Shown in pieces: positions 46,591 through 57,140 of a stretch of DNA of 64,000 bases; position 1 is the stretch's first letter; each line of letters starts with the position of its first letter. Source of the DNA: Collinsella sp. (GTDB lineage Bacteria > Actinomycetota > Coriobacteriia > Coriobacteriales > Coriobacteriaceae); the NCBI GenBank assembly GCA_018367075.1, contig JAGZGX010000007.1, forward strand, positions 39,044 through 103,043. The letters run 5' to 3'. Position numbers and translations under genes: made by a program. A model generated the notes under the pieces. It did not search any database. It was not told the DNA's origin and saw only the letters and a program-made list of their open reading frames with translations.

Positions 46591-47208
46591 ATGAACCGCT
46601 TCATCGACATCAACCCGGAGAGGTGCATCGGCTGCGGAACATGCCAGTCCGCCTGTGCCGACGCCCACCGGATGCAGGGTCTTCAGGATACGCCGCGCCT
46701 GGCGCTCGTGAAGACCGGCGGTATTTCGGCCGCCCTTGCCTGCCACCATTGCGAGGGTGCCCCCTGCGCCGAGGTCTGCCCGGTGAATGCCATCGAGCAC
46801 GATGGCGACCGCATCCACGTCAAGGAGCAGGAGTGCATCGGGTGCAGGCTGTGCGCCATCGCGTGCCCCTTCGGAGCCATCCATCCCGATGGCACGTCTA
46901 TCGCCGGTGTCGCAGGCATGTGCGACCCGACGCCTTCGTATCCTAAGTCCCTGAGCAGCCTGCTTACGTGGGCTCCTGGCCAGTACACCTGCGCTGTCAA
47001 GTGCGACCTGTGCGCCTTCGATCCGGACGGCCCGCATTGTGTGGCGGCGTGCCCCACCAAGGCGCTGACCGTCATGGGCGGCGCGGCCGATCGCGAGCTC
47101 GACGAGGCCAAGCGCCTGCGCTCGATCGAAAACGGTCCGGTCGTCGACGTTACCGCTGTGGCCCAGGGCCTGTCCGAGAAAGCAGAAGGGAGCGTAAACA
47201 ATGGATAG
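46591..47208 (+). CDS. hyfA: HyfA/HycB-type 4Fe-4S ferredoxin subunit.
   Basis: CIGCGTCQSAC, CHHCEGAPCAEVCP, CIGCRLCAIACP and CDLC...CVAACP motifs. SD GAAAGGAAG. Confidence 0.8.
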   Translation: MNRFIDINPERCIGCGTCQSACADAHRMQGLQDTPRLALVKTGGISAALACHHCEGAPCAEVCPVNAIEHDGDRIHVKEQECIGCRLCAIACPFGAIHPDGTSIAGVAGMCDPTPSYPKSLSSLLTWAPGQYTCAVKCDLCAFDPDGPHCVAACPTKALTVMGGAADRELDEAKRLRSIENGPVVDVTAVAQGLSEKAEGSVNNG

Positions 47209-49219
47209 CATGACGCTGTTTATCGCATCGCTTGCCGTCTCGTGCATCGGTGCGCTCGCCTCGGTTCTGCTGATCAAGGCCGATAACGCCGCCAAGACCG
47301 CCGGCTGCCTAATCGGCGCCGTCGCCGCGGTGCTTTCGTTTGTGGCCGGTATCCAGGCCGTGCTGGGCGATGTCACGTCGGTCGACACCATCGTGTTCTT
47401 CCCGTTTGCCCATTTCCAGCTGCTGCTCAACCAGCTGTCCGGCCTGTTCGTGGCGCTCATCTCGGTGCTCGCGTTTGCCGGTTCAATCTACGGTCTCAAC
47501 TACTTTGATGAGTACCCGGGCAAAAAGGGCCGCGCCGGCTTCTTCTTTAACACCTTCGTGGCGTCCATGATGCTCGTCATCACCGGCGACAACGTGTTTT
47601 GGTTCCTGGTCGCCTTTGAGCTCATGTCGCTGACCTCGTACTTCCTGGTCGTGATCGAGGAGAACGAGAACTCCATCCATGGCGGTTGGCTCTACTTTGT
47701 GATCGCGCACGTGGGCTTTGTGCTCATCATGGCGAGCTTCCTCACCATGACCAACTTCGCCGGTGGCTCGTTTGCCTTTGCGGATTTCCGCGCTACGCAG
47801 TTTAGCCCCGCGGTCGCATCCGTGTGCTTTGTGCTCGCCTTCTTTGGCTTTGGCGCCAAGGCCGGTATCATCCCGCTGCACGGCTGGCTGCCCAAGGCGC
47901 ATCCCGAGGCGCCGTCCAACGTGTCGGCCCTCATGTCCGGCGGCATGATCAAGATCGGTATCTTCGGCATCCTCAAGGTGGGCCTCGACCTGCTCTCCGC
48001 CTCGGGCGTTCAGGTCTGGTGGGGCCTTATGGTCATGGTCTTCGGTGCGATCTCGTCGGTCCTCGGCGTGGCCTTCGCCCTGCAGGAGCATGACATCAAG
48101 CGCCTGCTGGCCTATCACTCCGTCGAGAACATCGGCATCATTCTGCTCGGCGTCGGCGCCTCCATGGCCGCTATGGCGCTCAACTCGGTCGGCATCGCCG
48201 TCCTGGCTCTGATGGCCGCCCTCTACCACACGTTTAACCACGCGATGTTTAAGGGCGAGCTGTTCTTGGGCGCCGGTGCGCTGCTGTACTCCACGGGTAC
48301 GCGCAATATGGAGAAGATGGGCGGCCTGTTCCGTCGTATGCCGGCTACGGCCATCTGCTTCCTTATTGGCGCGCTTGCCATCTCGGCCATCCCGCCCTTC
48401 AACGGCTTTGTGTCCGAGTGGTTTACCTACCAGTCGCTCTTTAACGCTGCCATGCAGGGCGACAAGGCCGTCATGATCGTGGCCGTGTTCGCTGCCGTCG
48501 CGCTTGCCATTACCGGCGCGCTGGCTGTCACATGCTTCGTCAAGGCCTATGGCGTCTCCTTTGCCTCCGCGCCCCGCTCCGAGGCCGCGGCCAATGCCAA
48601 GGAGGTTCCCGCCCCCATGGTGTTTGCGCAGGGCCTGCTCGCGGCCATCTGCGTCGTGCTGGGCATTGGCGCTCCCGTGATCGCGCCCGTGCTGGTCGAT
48701 GTCGCTGCGTCCGTGCTGCATCCGTACGGTGGCGTGTTTGCCGCCGAGGGCATGGAGCTCATGAACCAGTACTCCGGCGCTGCCACCTCCACGCCCGCGA
48801 TCGCTATTGCGCTCGTGGTGCTCGTCGGCCTTGCCTGCGGTTATCGCAAGCTCAAGACCGTCGGCAAGGTGCAGAAGTCCCAGCCGTGGGCATGCGGCTA
48901 TGCTCCCAACGAGCATATGCCCGTCGTGGCCACGACCTTTGCCTCCGAGGTGTCCTGGTTTATGCAGCCGCTCTACACGCTGCGCGACCGCTGCACGGCC
49001 GTCTGCTGGTCCATCGCGCACTTCTTCCAGAAGCTCACCGGTGTGGCCGAGGCTGTGGAGCCCGTACCCGACAAGGTTCTCGTCGATGCCCCGCATAAGG
49101 GTGTCGAGAAGCTCGCCGACCTCGCGACTAAGCTCGAGGGCGGCAACTACAGCATCTATATCTGCTACATCGTCGCGGCACTCGTGGTGTTCCTCGTGCT
49201 CGCCGTGCAAATGGGTTAA
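47201..49219 (+). CDS. hyfB: Hydrogenase-4 component B (HyfB; NuoL/ND5-like antiporter-type membrane subunit), 672 aa.
   Basis: NuoL-family TM motifs (WLPKAHPEAPSNVSALMSGGMIK). Same length as E. coli HyfB. Overlaps the hyfA stop by 8 nt. Confidence 0.82.
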   Translation: MDSMTLFIASLAVSCIGALASVLLIKADNAAKTAGCLIGAVAAVLSFVAGIQAVLGDVTSVDTIVFFPFAHFQLLLNQLSGLFVALISVLAFAGSIYGLNYFDEYPGKKGRAGFFFNTFVASMMLVITGDNVFWFLVAFELMSLTSYFLVVIEENENSIHGGWLYFVIAHVGFVLIMASFLTMTNFAGGSFAFADFRATQFSPAVASVCFVLAFFGFGAKAGIIPLHGWLPKAHPEAPSNVSALMSGGMIKIGIFGILKVGLDLLSASGVQVWWGLMVMVFGAISSVLGVAFALQEHDIKRLLAYHSVENIGIILLGVGASMAAMALNSVGIAVLALMAALYHTFNHAMFKGELFLGAGALLYSTGTRNMEKMGGLFRRMPATAICFLIGALAISAIPPFNGFVSEWFTYQSLFNAAMQGDKAVMIVAVFAAVALAITGALAVTCFVKAYGVSFASAPRSEAAANAKEVPAPMVFAQGLLAAICVVLGIGAPVIAPVLVDVAASVLHPYGGVFAAEGMELMNQYSGAATSTPAIAIALVVLVGLACGYRKLKTVGKVQKSQPWACGYAPNEHMPVVATTFASEVSWFMQPLYTLRDRCTAVCWSIAHFFQKLTGVAEAVEPVPDKVLVDAPHKGVEKLADLATKLEGGNYSIYICYIVAALVVFLVLAVQMG

Positions 49220-49231
49220 GGAGGGGAGAGC

Positions 49232-50158
49232 ATGAACAACATCGTACTTGCCGTTCTGCAGGGCGTGGTCGTTATGGCCGTCGCGCCGTTCTTCTCCGGT
49301 CTCGGCCGCGTGATCCGCGCCAAGATGCACAACCGTCGCGGCCCCAGCATCATGCAGGACTACCGCGACCTGGCCAAGCTCTTTGCGCGCCCCGAGTCCC
49401 AGAGCGAGGATGCGAGCTTTGCGCTGCGCATCATGCCGCCGCTGTTCTTCGCCGTCGCCTTTATGCTCGCGATGGGTCTGCCGCTCTTTACGGCACAAAG
49501 CCCCATCCCGGTCTTTGGTGACGCCATCACCATCATGTATAGCCTGGCGCTCGCCCGCTTCTTCTTCGCCCTCTGCGGTGTGGATTCGTCCAACGCCTAC
49601 GCCGGTATCGGCGGCGTCCGCGAGCTGCTCATGAGCGTGCTCATCGAGCCGTCCATGCTGCTGGCGCTGTTTGCCGCCGCCCTGGTGTGCGGCTCCACCG
49701 ACATCGCCACCATGGGCCAGCACATCATGACGGGCGCCATCGACGCGCCGGTCGCTGTGATCCTCGCCGGCATCGCCTTTGCGATTGCCTGCTACATGGA
49801 ACTCGGCAAGCTGCCGTTTGATCAGGCCGAGGCCGAGCAGGAGCTCCAGGAAGGTCCGCTCGCTGAGCTTTCCGGCCCGTCGCTTGCGATGGCCAAGCTC
49901 GCCATGTCCATGAAGCAGGTCCTGGTCGTCGCCTGGTTCTGCGCGATCTTCGTCCCCTGGGGCGAGCCCGCGGCCGTGGGTATCGCGGCCGTTCTGGGCG
50001 CGGTCATCTTCCTTGTTAAGTGCCTGATCGACTTTGTCGTATGCGGCGTGATCGAGAACTCCTGCTCGCGCTCGCGTTTTAAGGTGCTCGGTAATCAGAC
50101 TTGGGCCGTCGTGGGCATCGCCGTTCTGGCGTTTGTCTTCGTGGTCGTCGGCGTGTAG
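49232..50158 (+). CDS. hyfC: Formate hydrogenlyase membrane subunit HycD/HyfC (NuoH-like).
   Basis: MQDYRDLAKLF and NuoH-like TM pattern. 308 aa. SD AAGGAGGGGAG. Confidence 0.82.
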   Translation: MNNIVLAVLQGVVVMAVAPFFSGLGRVIRAKMHNRRGPSIMQDYRDLAKLFARPESQSEDASFALRIMPPLFFAVAFMLAMGLPLFTAQSPIPVFGDAITIMYSLALARFFFALCGVDSSNAYAGIGGVRELLMSVLIEPSMLLALFAAALVCGSTDIATMGQHIMTGAIDAPVAVILAGIAFAIACYMELGKLPFDQAEAEQELQEGPLAELSGPSLAMAKLAMSMKQVLVVAWFCAIFVPWGEPAAVGIAAVLGAVIFLVKCLIDFVVCGVIENSCSRSRFKVLGNQTWAVVGIAVLAFVFVVVGV

Positions 50159-50173
50159 GAGAAGGGAGAAACA

Positions 50174-51631
50174 ATGTCATTTGCAGTCAGTCTGTCCCTT
50201 CTCGGCTTGGTCGCTATCGCGGCCCCGATGGTGGCCTCGGTGCTCGTCGCCCTGTTCCCCCGTCCGTACGCCAAGTGGTTCAGCGTTTTGGGTGCCGCCG
50301 TCTCGACGGTCTGCACCATCGCCCTCGCCGCGAATTTCGCTGGCGCCGGCATGCCCGACACGCAGGTCCCCCTGATCTCGTTTGGGCAGACCCTCGTCAT
50401 GGGATTCACCTTCGATCGCATGAGCACGCTGCTCGCGCCCGCCTTTGTGGGTATCGGCCTGCTTGTCGTGATCTATTCGATTCCCTATATGAGCAAGAAT
50501 AACCGTGAGCATCCCGACGCACCGCGTCGTCGCTTCTACGCGTACCTCGCGACCTTCATCGGCGCCATGGCCGGTCTTGTGTACAGCTCGACCCTTTTGG
50601 GCCAGCTCGTGTTCTTTGAGATCACGGGTGCGTGCTCTTGGGGCCTCATTAGCTACTACATGACGCCTACGGCCAAGAAGGCCGGCATGAAGGCTCTGAT
50701 CATTACGCATATCGGTGCGCTTGGCCTGTATCTGGGCGCCGCCATCGTGTTTGCCCATACCGGTACCTTCGCCATTACCGCGATTGCCGGCCTCGACGCC
50801 AAGCTCAAGGCTATCGTTCTTTTGCTCGTGCTGTTTGCGGCCTGGGCCAAGTCCGCACAGGTTCCCATGTACATGTGGCTGCCTTCGGCCATGGAGGCGC
50901 CGACGCCTGTTTCGGCCTACCTGCATGGCGCCTCGATGGTTAAGGTCGGCGTGTGCGTGTTCGCGCGTGCACTCGTCTCTGCCGGCGAGATCCCCGAGAT
51001 CGTGGGTTGGGTCGCCATTATCGACGCCATGGTCACCATGCTCTTTGGCTTCCTTATGTACCTGCCGCAAAAGGACATGAAGCGTCTGCTGGCCTTTTCC
51101 ACGATCGCCCAGCTCTCCTATGTGTTCTTTGGTCTGGGCCTTTCGGTCTTTGGCAGCCAGCTGGCCTTCGATGGCGCCGTCTGCCACATCTTTAACCACG
51201 CTTTCGCCAAGACGCTGTTCTTCCTGATCGCCGGTTCGTTCTCCTTTACGCTCGGCACGCGTATGCTGCCCAAGCTTCGCGGCATCGTAAAGAAGTACCC
51301 GATCTCGGGCGTGGGCTTCGGTGTCGCCGCGCTCGCTATTGCCGGCGTGCCGCCCATGAACACGTTCTTCTCGAAGTTCCAGATTATCGCCGGCGGCTTC
51401 TCTGTGGGTGCCGGCAACGTCGCGATCCTGGTGCTCGTGTGCATCATGGTCGCCGAGACCGTCGCCACCTTCGCCTGGTTCCTCAAGTGGATGGGCTATT
51501 GCCTGCCCGGCGAGCCGAGCGACGAGGTCGCTGCGGGAGCCCCGCTTCCCCGCGCGATGGCGTTCGTGTTCATCGTGCTCATCATCATGGTCATCGTCAG
51601 CGGCCCGCTTTCGGCCAGCTGGATCGGTTAG
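50174..51631 (+). CDS. hyfD: Hydrogenase-4 component D (HyfD; NuoM/N-like).
   Basis: WLPSAMEAPTPVSAYLHGASMVK antiporter-type motif. 485 aa. Confidence 0.8.
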   Translation: MSFAVSLSLLGLVAIAAPMVASVLVALFPRPYAKWFSVLGAAVSTVCTIALAANFAGAGMPDTQVPLISFGQTLVMGFTFDRMSTLLAPAFVGIGLLVVIYSIPYMSKNNREHPDAPRRRFYAYLATFIGAMAGLVYSSTLLGQLVFFEITGACSWGLISYYMTPTAKKAGMKALIITHIGALGLYLGAAIVFAHTGTFAITAIAGLDAKLKAIVLLLVLFAAWAKSAQVPMYMWLPSAMEAPTPVSAYLHGASMVKVGVCVFARALVSAGEIPEIVGWVAIIDAMVTMLFGFLMYLPQKDMKRLLAFSTIAQLSYVFFGLGLSVFGSQLAFDGAVCHIFNHAFAKTLFFLIAGSFSFTLGTRMLPKLRGIVKKYPISGVGFGVAALAIAGVPPMNTFFSKFQIIAGGFSVGAGNVAILVLVCIMVAETVATFAWFLKWMGYCLPGEPSDEVAAGAPLPRAMAFVFIVLIIMVIVSGPLSASWIG

Positions 51632-51644
51632 GAGGTAGAACGAC

Positions 51645-52298
51645 ATGGGTTATTCGATCGTCAACATCCTTGGCGGCCTTCTGATCGTCACGTCCACCAT
51701 GGTGGTCGTCTCCAAGAACATCAAGCACGCCATTCGCTGGTATGCGGTGCAGTCGCTGGTGCTCGTGGGACTGCTCGCTACGCTCGGTGCTACTACCGGT
51801 GCGCAGGAGCTGCTTATGTGGGCCGGATCTGCCTTTATCACTAAGGTCGTCCTGGTCCCTTACATCCTCAACCGCGCATACAAGAAGATGGGCGAGCCGA
51901 GCGACGCATCGCTCAAGGCCGGCCTTAAGCCCGCGTGGGCCATCTGCATCATCGCCGTCGAGGTCGCGATCTGCTTTGCCGTTGTGACGCAGATCAGCCT
52001 GCCCACGGCCGAGGTCGCAACGCCTGCGCTCGCTATTAGCTTCGCTCACTTCTTCGTGGGCCTCACCTGCATCATCTCGCAGCGCAACATCATGAAGCAG
52101 ATCTTTGGATACTGCCTTATGGAAAACGGCAGCCACGTGACGCTCGCGCTTTTGGCCCCCACCGCTCCCGAGATCATCGAGATCGGTATCGCCACCGACG
52201 CCATCTTTGCCGTCATCATCATGTCCATCGTCGTGCGTCGCATTTGGGACGACTCCCACTCGCTCGATGCGCGCGACCTGTCCGAGCTGAGGGGGTAG
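51645..52298 (+). CDS. hyfE: Hydrogenase-4 component E (HyfE; NuoK-like), 217 aa.
   Basis: Small polytopic protein with the HyfE length and hydropathy. SD AGGAGG. Confidence 0.72.
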   Translation: MGYSIVNILGGLLIVTSTMVVVSKNIKHAIRWYAVQSLVLVGLLATLGATTGAQELLMWAGSAFITKVVLVPYILNRAYKKMGEPSDASLKAGLKPAWAICIIAVEVAICFAVVTQISLPTAEVATPALAISFAHFFVGLTCIISQRNIMKQIFGYCLMENGSHVTLALLAPTAPEIIEIGIATDAIFAVIIMSIVVRRIWDDSHSLDARDLSELRG

Positions 52299-52301
52299 TC
52301 C

Positions 52302-53861
52302 ATGGAAACGTTGATTCTCGCCCTGCTCGCGACTCCTTTGGTGTTCTCGCTGGTCATGGCGTTTTTGCCCAAGAACACGTCCTATAACGTGTTTGCCGGT
52401 CTCAACCTGGTCTCCGTCGCAGCCGTCCTGGTGCTGTCGATTATGACGGCCGGCGACGTCCTTATGAGCGGCGAAACCGCGAGCGCTCTTGGCCTGTGGT
52501 TCCACCTCGATTCGCTGGGCGCCATCTTTGTGCTGCTCATCGGCTTTATCGGTTTTCTTACGGGGCTGTTCTCGCTGCCCTATGTAAAGGCCGATATCGA
52601 GGAGGGCTCCATGCCCGCCGAGCGCGCCAAGCAGTATTTTGCGCTGTTTAGCCTGTTTGTGTTCACCATGCTGCTCGCGTGCCTGTCCAACAACATGATC
52701 CTCACGTGGGCCGCCGTGGAGGCAACCACGCTTTCCACTGTGTTCCTGGTGGGTATCTACAAGAACAAGACGGCCCTCGAGGCTTCTTGGAAGTATGCGA
52801 TGGTCTGCACCGCCGGCGTGGCCTTCGGCCTGTTCGGTACGCTGCTGATCTACGCCAACGCCGCCGACGTGATTCCCAACGCCCACGAGGCCGCATTCCT
52901 GTCGTGCGTGCTGCCGTATGCCGACCAGTTCGACCCGACGCTCATGCGCCTCGCCTTTGCGTTTGTCGTGATCGGCTTTGGCACCAAGGCCGGCCTGTTC
53001 CCCATGCACACTTGGCTGCCCGATGCCCACTCCCAGGCCCCGAGCCCCGTCTCGGCCCTGCTCTCGGGCGTGCTGCTTAAGTGCGCCATGCTTGTGATCA
53101 TGCGCTTCTACGGCTTTACTATCCAGGCCGTGGGCGCCGAGTATCCGCAGCTTTTGCTGTTGATCGTCGGCACGCTGTCCATTTTGGTGGCTGCACTTTC
53201 GATGTTTCGCCAGGACGACCTCAAGCGCCGCTTTGCGTACTCGTCTGTGGAGAACGTGGGCGTTATCGCCCTGTGCCTGGGTATCGGTGGCCCACTGGGT
53301 ATCGCCGCGGCCCTGCTGCACTGCGTGTTCCACGGCTTTACCAAGACGCTTGCCTTCTGCGTGTCCGGCAACATCCAGCACGCTTTTGGCACGCGTAGCC
53401 TGGCCAAGATCCAGGGCGTCGTCGAGGTTGCCCCCGCAACCGCCGCGCTCGCCGTCCTGGCGCTGCTCGGCCTTGGTGCCTTCCCGCCCTTTGGCATGTT
53501 TATCTCCGAGTTCCTGACTTTTGTCGCCGGTGTTACCGCCGGTCCCATGTGGCTGGTCGTCGTGGTCGCCCTCGGTCTTACCGTGGCCATCTCCGCGCTC
53601 ACCCGCATCGCACTCAAGTCGGTATTCGGCCATGCACCCCAGGGTATGGGCAAGCATGAGGCCCCGGCGCTCATGCTTATCCCCGAAATCATCCTGGCCG
53701 TCATGATCTTGTGGTTTGGCATCGCCACCCCGCTGCCTCTCGTGCACGGTGTGGAGACCGCGACCGGCATCGTGCTCGAGCAGAGCACCGAGGAACTTCA
53801 CGCGACGCCGATGTACCGCGCTGTGTTCGGTACCGAGACCGCTCAGGGCGAGGTGGAGTAA
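52302..53861 (+). CDS. hyfF: Hydrogenase-4 component F (HyfF; NuoN-like).
   Basis: WLPDAHSQAPSPVSALLSGVLLK motif. 519 aa. Confidence 0.8.
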   Translation: METLILALLATPLVFSLVMAFLPKNTSYNVFAGLNLVSVAAVLVLSIMTAGDVLMSGETASALGLWFHLDSLGAIFVLLIGFIGFLTGLFSLPYVKADIEEGSMPAERAKQYFALFSLFVFTMLLACLSNNMILTWAAVEATTLSTVFLVGIYKNKTALEASWKYAMVCTAGVAFGLFGTLLIYANAADVIPNAHEAAFLSCVLPYADQFDPTLMRLAFAFVVIGFGTKAGLFPMHTWLPDAHSQAPSPVSALLSGVLLKCAMLVIMRFYGFTIQAVGAEYPQLLLLIVGTLSILVAALSMFRQDDLKRRFAYSSVENVGVIALCLGIGGPLGIAAALLHCVFHGFTKTLAFCVSGNIQHAFGTRSLAKIQGVVEVAPATAALAVLALLGLGAFPPFGMFISEFLTFVAGVTAGPMWLVVVVALGLTVAISALTRIALKSVFGHAPQGMGKHEAPALMLIPEIILAVMILWFGIATPLPLVHGVETATGIVLEQSTEELHATPMYRAVFGTETAQGEVE

Positions 53862-53864
53862 CGA

Positions 53865-55637
53865 ATGATTGAAACTGAGAACAAGGTGTATGCCCGTCGC
53901 TGCGAGAGCCATGTCGAGGCTCTGCGCCGCGCCGTTCCGGGCTGCATCGAGAAGGTCGAGTGGCAATGCGAGGACCAGCTGACGATTACCGTCAAGCAGG
54001 ACAAGCTGCCCGAGGCCGTCCACTACCTGTATTACGAGCGCTACGGCTGGATTCCCGTGATCATCGGCAACGATGAGCGCAGCCTGTGCGGCCGCTACGC
54101 CGTGTACTACGTCATCTCCATGGAGGGGGAGGACCCCGGCTGGGTGACCGTGCGCACCGAGGTCGATCCCGCCAAGATGACATTCCCGTCCGTGACGCCG
54201 TTCGTCCCCGCCTGCGTGTGGGGCGAGCGCGAGCTGCGCGACATGTTCGGCCTGATCCCCGAGGGTCTGCCCGATCGTCGTCGCCTGGTGCTGCCCGACG
54301 ATTGGCCCAGCGGCCTGTACCCGCTGCGCAAGGACTCCATGGACTACCGTTTCCGTCCCGCTCCCGCGAGCGACATGGAAAACTACGAGTTCTTGGCCGA
54401 CACCAAGGGCAAGGAGACCACGCTCGTTCCCATGGGCCCGCTGCACATTACCTCCGACGAGCCCGGCCACTTCCGCCTGTTCGTTGAGGGCGAGACGATC
54501 GTCGATGCCGACTACCGTCTGTTCTACGTGCACCGCGGCATGGAGAAGGTCGCCGAGACGCGCCTGAACTATGATGCCGTGACGTTCCTCGCCGACCGCA
54601 TCTGCGGCATCTGCGGCTGCGCCCACTCGGTGGCCTACGCCGAGGCCGTCGAGCGCGCCCAGGGCATTCATGTCCCGCCGCGCGCCCAGTACATCCGCGC
54701 TATCATGCTCGAGGTCGAGCGCCTGCACTCGCATCTGCTCAACATTGGCCTGGCGTCTCACTACACGGGCTTCGACTCCGGCTTCCAGCAGTTCTTCCGC
54801 GTCCGCGAGAAGTCCATGGACCTGGCCGAGAAGCTCTCCGGTCACCGCAAGACCTACGGCCTCAACGTGATCGGCGGCGTGCGTCGCGACATTTTGGCCG
54901 AGCAGAAGCTCTCCACCCTCACGACCATCCACCAGCTGCGCTCCGAGGTTCAGGAGCTCGTCGACGTCTTGCTCTCGACGCCCAACTTTATTGAGCGTAC
55001 GAGTGGCATCGGCATCTTGGACCGCAAGATCGCACGCGACTTCTCGCCGGTCGGCCCGCTCATGCGCGGTTCGGGCTATGCCCGCGACGTGCGCTTTGAT
55101 CATCCCTTCGACGGCTATGCCGATCCGGATGTCCAAAAGATGCACGCCGCTACGGCCGACACCTGCGATGCCTTCGGCCGTACCGCCGTGCGCATCCAGG
55201 AGGTCTACGATTCGATCGACATGATCGAGACCATGCTCGAGAACTGCCCGTCGGGTCCCATCCTCACCACGGATTGGGAGTACACCCCGCACAAGTACGC
55301 CATCGGTGCCACCGAGGCGCCGCGCGGCGAGGACGTGCATTGGGCCATGCTCGGCAACAACCAGAAGTGCTACCGCTGGCGCGCCAAGGCCGCCACGTAC
55401 AGCAACTGGCCGGTCCTGCGCTACATGTTCCGCGGCAACACCGTGGGCGACGCGGCGCTGATCGTCGGCTCGCTCGACCCGTGCTACTCCTGCACCGACC
55501 GCGTGACGGTGACCGATGTCGCCGCCAAGCGCGACCACGTGCTCGATAAGGAGCAGTTCGAGAACGTCTGGCGCGACAAGTCGCCGCTTGCGGGCGAGGG
55601 CACCGTGGCCGCTCCGCTCGATGAGGAGGCGCTCTAA
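53865..55637 (+). CDS. hyfG: [NiFe] hydrogenase large subunit HycE/HyfG (NuoC-NuoD fusion).
   Basis: N-terminal RICGICGCAHS and C-terminal DPCYSCTDR Ni-Fe ligand motifs. The R-VTVTD cleavage context suits HycI. 590 aa. Confidence 0.9.
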   Translation: MIETENKVYARRCESHVEALRRAVPGCIEKVEWQCEDQLTITVKQDKLPEAVHYLYYERYGWIPVIIGNDERSLCGRYAVYYVISMEGEDPGWVTVRTEVDPAKMTFPSVTPFVPACVWGERELRDMFGLIPEGLPDRRRLVLPDDWPSGLYPLRKDSMDYRFRPAPASDMENYEFLADTKGKETTLVPMGPLHITSDEPGHFRLFVEGETIVDADYRLFYVHRGMEKVAETRLNYDAVTFLADRICGICGCAHSVAYAEAVERAQGIHVPPRAQYIRAIMLEVERLHSHLLNIGLASHYTGFDSGFQQFFRVREKSMDLAEKLSGHRKTYGLNVIGGVRRDILAEQKLSTLTTIHQLRSEVQELVDVLLSTPNFIERTSGIGILDRKIARDFSPVGPLMRGSGYARDVRFDHPFDGYADPDVQKMHAATADTCDAFGRTAVRIQEVYDSIDMIETMLENCPSGPILTTDWEYTPHKYAIGATEAPRGEDVHWAMLGNNQKCYRWRAKAATYSNWPVLRYMFRGNTVGDAALIVGSLDPCYSCTDRVTVTDVAAKRDHVLDKEQFENVWRDKSPLAGEGTVAAPLDEEAL

Positions 55638-55638
55638 T

Positions 55639-56355
55639 ATGCTGAAGCTTTGGAAGGTAAACGCCAAGGCCGGCGACGCGACGGTCAAGTACCCGTTTGC
55701 GCCGTTCCCCACCAACAAGGACATGCGCGGCAAGCCCGAGCACAACGCCGAGCTTTGTATCGCCTGCGGTGCCTGCGGCGTGGCGTGCCCGGCCGATGCC
55801 ATTCGCATGGACACCGACCTTGCGGCCGATACCATCACCTGGTCGATTGACTACGGTCGCTGCATCTTTTGTGGCCGCTGCGAGGAAGCCTGCCCCATGG
55901 AGGCCATCAAGCTCACCGAGGAGTTTGAGCTGGCCGTCATGAGCAAGGACGACCTCACCAGCAAGAGCGTCTACACGCTCGAGCACTGCTCGCGCTGCGG
56001 CAAGCCGTTTGCCCCGCATAAGGAGATCGACTACGCCAAGCGCCTGCTGCAAAAGGCCGGCGGCATGGAGGCCGAGCAGGCCGCCCGTACCGTCGGTATG
56101 TGCCAGGAGTGCAAGCGCGAGCTCGACGCCCTGCGCGCCGCCTCGGCCGTAAAGACCGGCAACGCTGCCGGCATGGCTGCCAACGAGACGCTTGCGTCCG
56201 GCGAGCCCCAGGGCCCCGGCATGGAGTATCTGGGCGGCCACGGCGTGAACCCGGAGTATATCGACCGCGAGCTCAACCCCGATGCGCCCGAGATTCCCGC
56301 CGGTCCGGCGCCGGTCGAGGGCATCATCATGGATTTTGATACGAAGGAGGAGTAA
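55639..56355 (+). CDS. hyfH: HycF/HyfH (NuoI-like) 2x[4Fe-4S] subunit with a ~60-aa C-terminal extension.
   Basis: CIACGACGVACP and CIFCGRCEEACP motifs. The extension carries CSRCG...CQEC. SD GAGGAGG. Confidence 0.8.
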   Translation: MLKLWKVNAKAGDATVKYPFAPFPTNKDMRGKPEHNAELCIACGACGVACPADAIRMDTDLAADTITWSIDYGRCIFCGRCEEACPMEAIKLTEEFELAVMSKDDLTSKSVYTLEHCSRCGKPFAPHKEIDYAKRLLQKAGGMEAEQAARTVGMCQECKRELDALRAASAVKTGNAAGMAANETLASGEPQGPGMEYLGGHGVNPEYIDRELNPDAPEIPAGPAPVEGIIMDFDTKEE

Positions 56356-56357
56356 CC

Positions 56358-57140
56358 ATGGCCGAACCCACGCTTTTGCCCGAGCGGCTTCAGTACCGCC
56401 CGACCAAGATCGAGCTCGACGAGAGCATCGAGAAGGCCAAGGCGACCCTTCTTAAGAAGATCAAGCGCTCGGTGTACGTCTACCGCGTTGACTGTGGCGG
56501 CTGCAACGGCTGCGAGATCGAGATCTTCGGTTCCATCACGCCCGTTTTCGACGTCGAGCGCTTTGGCATCAAGGTCGTGCCCTCGCCCCGTCACGCCGAT
56601 GTGCTCCTGTACACCGGCGCTGTGACGCGTGCCATGCGCATGCCGGCCCTGCGTGCCTTTGAGGCCGCGCCCGATCCCAAGATCGTGGTGTCCTATGGCG
56701 CGTGCGGCTGCACCGGTGGCATCTTCTACGACAACTACTGCGTCTGGGGCGGCACGGACAAGATTCTGCCGGTCGACGTCTACATCCCCGGCTGCCCGCC
56801 CAGCCCCGCGCAGACCGTCTACGGCTTTGCCATGGCGCTCGGTCTGCTGGACCAAAAGCTCCATGCCGAGACCACGGTGGAGGCCGCCGGCGAGCAGGCC
56901 GATATCCTGCACCCCGGCGTGCCGTACAAGCTGCGCGTTGCCATCGAGCGCGAGACTCGCGCCATGAGCGGCTACCGTTACGGCCGCGACCTGGCCAACG
57001 AGTTTATGGATACGCTCGAGGGCGCGCCCAAGGGCGATATCCGCGGTGCCATGGCGCTGCTCATCGACAAGCAGGACGATCCGCGCCGCGTCGAGGTGTA
57101 CTCGGCGCTGCAGGATCTGGTGCTGGCCGGAGGTCGCTAG
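56358..57140 (+). CDS. hyfI: Hydrogenase small subunit HycG/HyfI (NuoB-like).
   Basis: CGGCNGCEIE, GACGCTGG and IPGCPPSP [4Fe-4S] N2-type motifs. Confidence 0.85.
   Translation: MAEPTLLPERLQYRPTKIELDESIEKAKATLLKKIKRSVYVYRVDCGGCNGCEIEIFGSITPVFDVERFGIKVVPSPRHADVLLYTGAVTRAMRMPALRAFEAAPDPKIVVSYGACGCTGGIFYDNYCVWGGTDKILPVDVYIPGCPPSPAQTVYGFAMALGLLDQKLHAETTVEAAGEQADILHPGVPYKLRVAIERETRAMSGYRYGRDLANEFMDTLEGAPKGDIRGAMALLIDKQDDPRRVEVYSALQDLVLAGGR

Noticed and set aside
51597-55838. Very long antisense ORFs listed in the track (e.g. 51597..55838 minus, 1413 aa; 47483..49723 minus; 44761..46503 minus; 60075..62027 minus; 3336..4901 plus; 9329..10633 minus; 20132..21295 minus; 10895..12811 minus).
   Set aside because: Each one lies exactly antisense to a gene with clear family motifs. 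Their translations are low-complexity Arg/Ala/Gly/His-rich strings, typical of stop-poor reverse frames in >60% GC DNA. They have no SD-start architecture.
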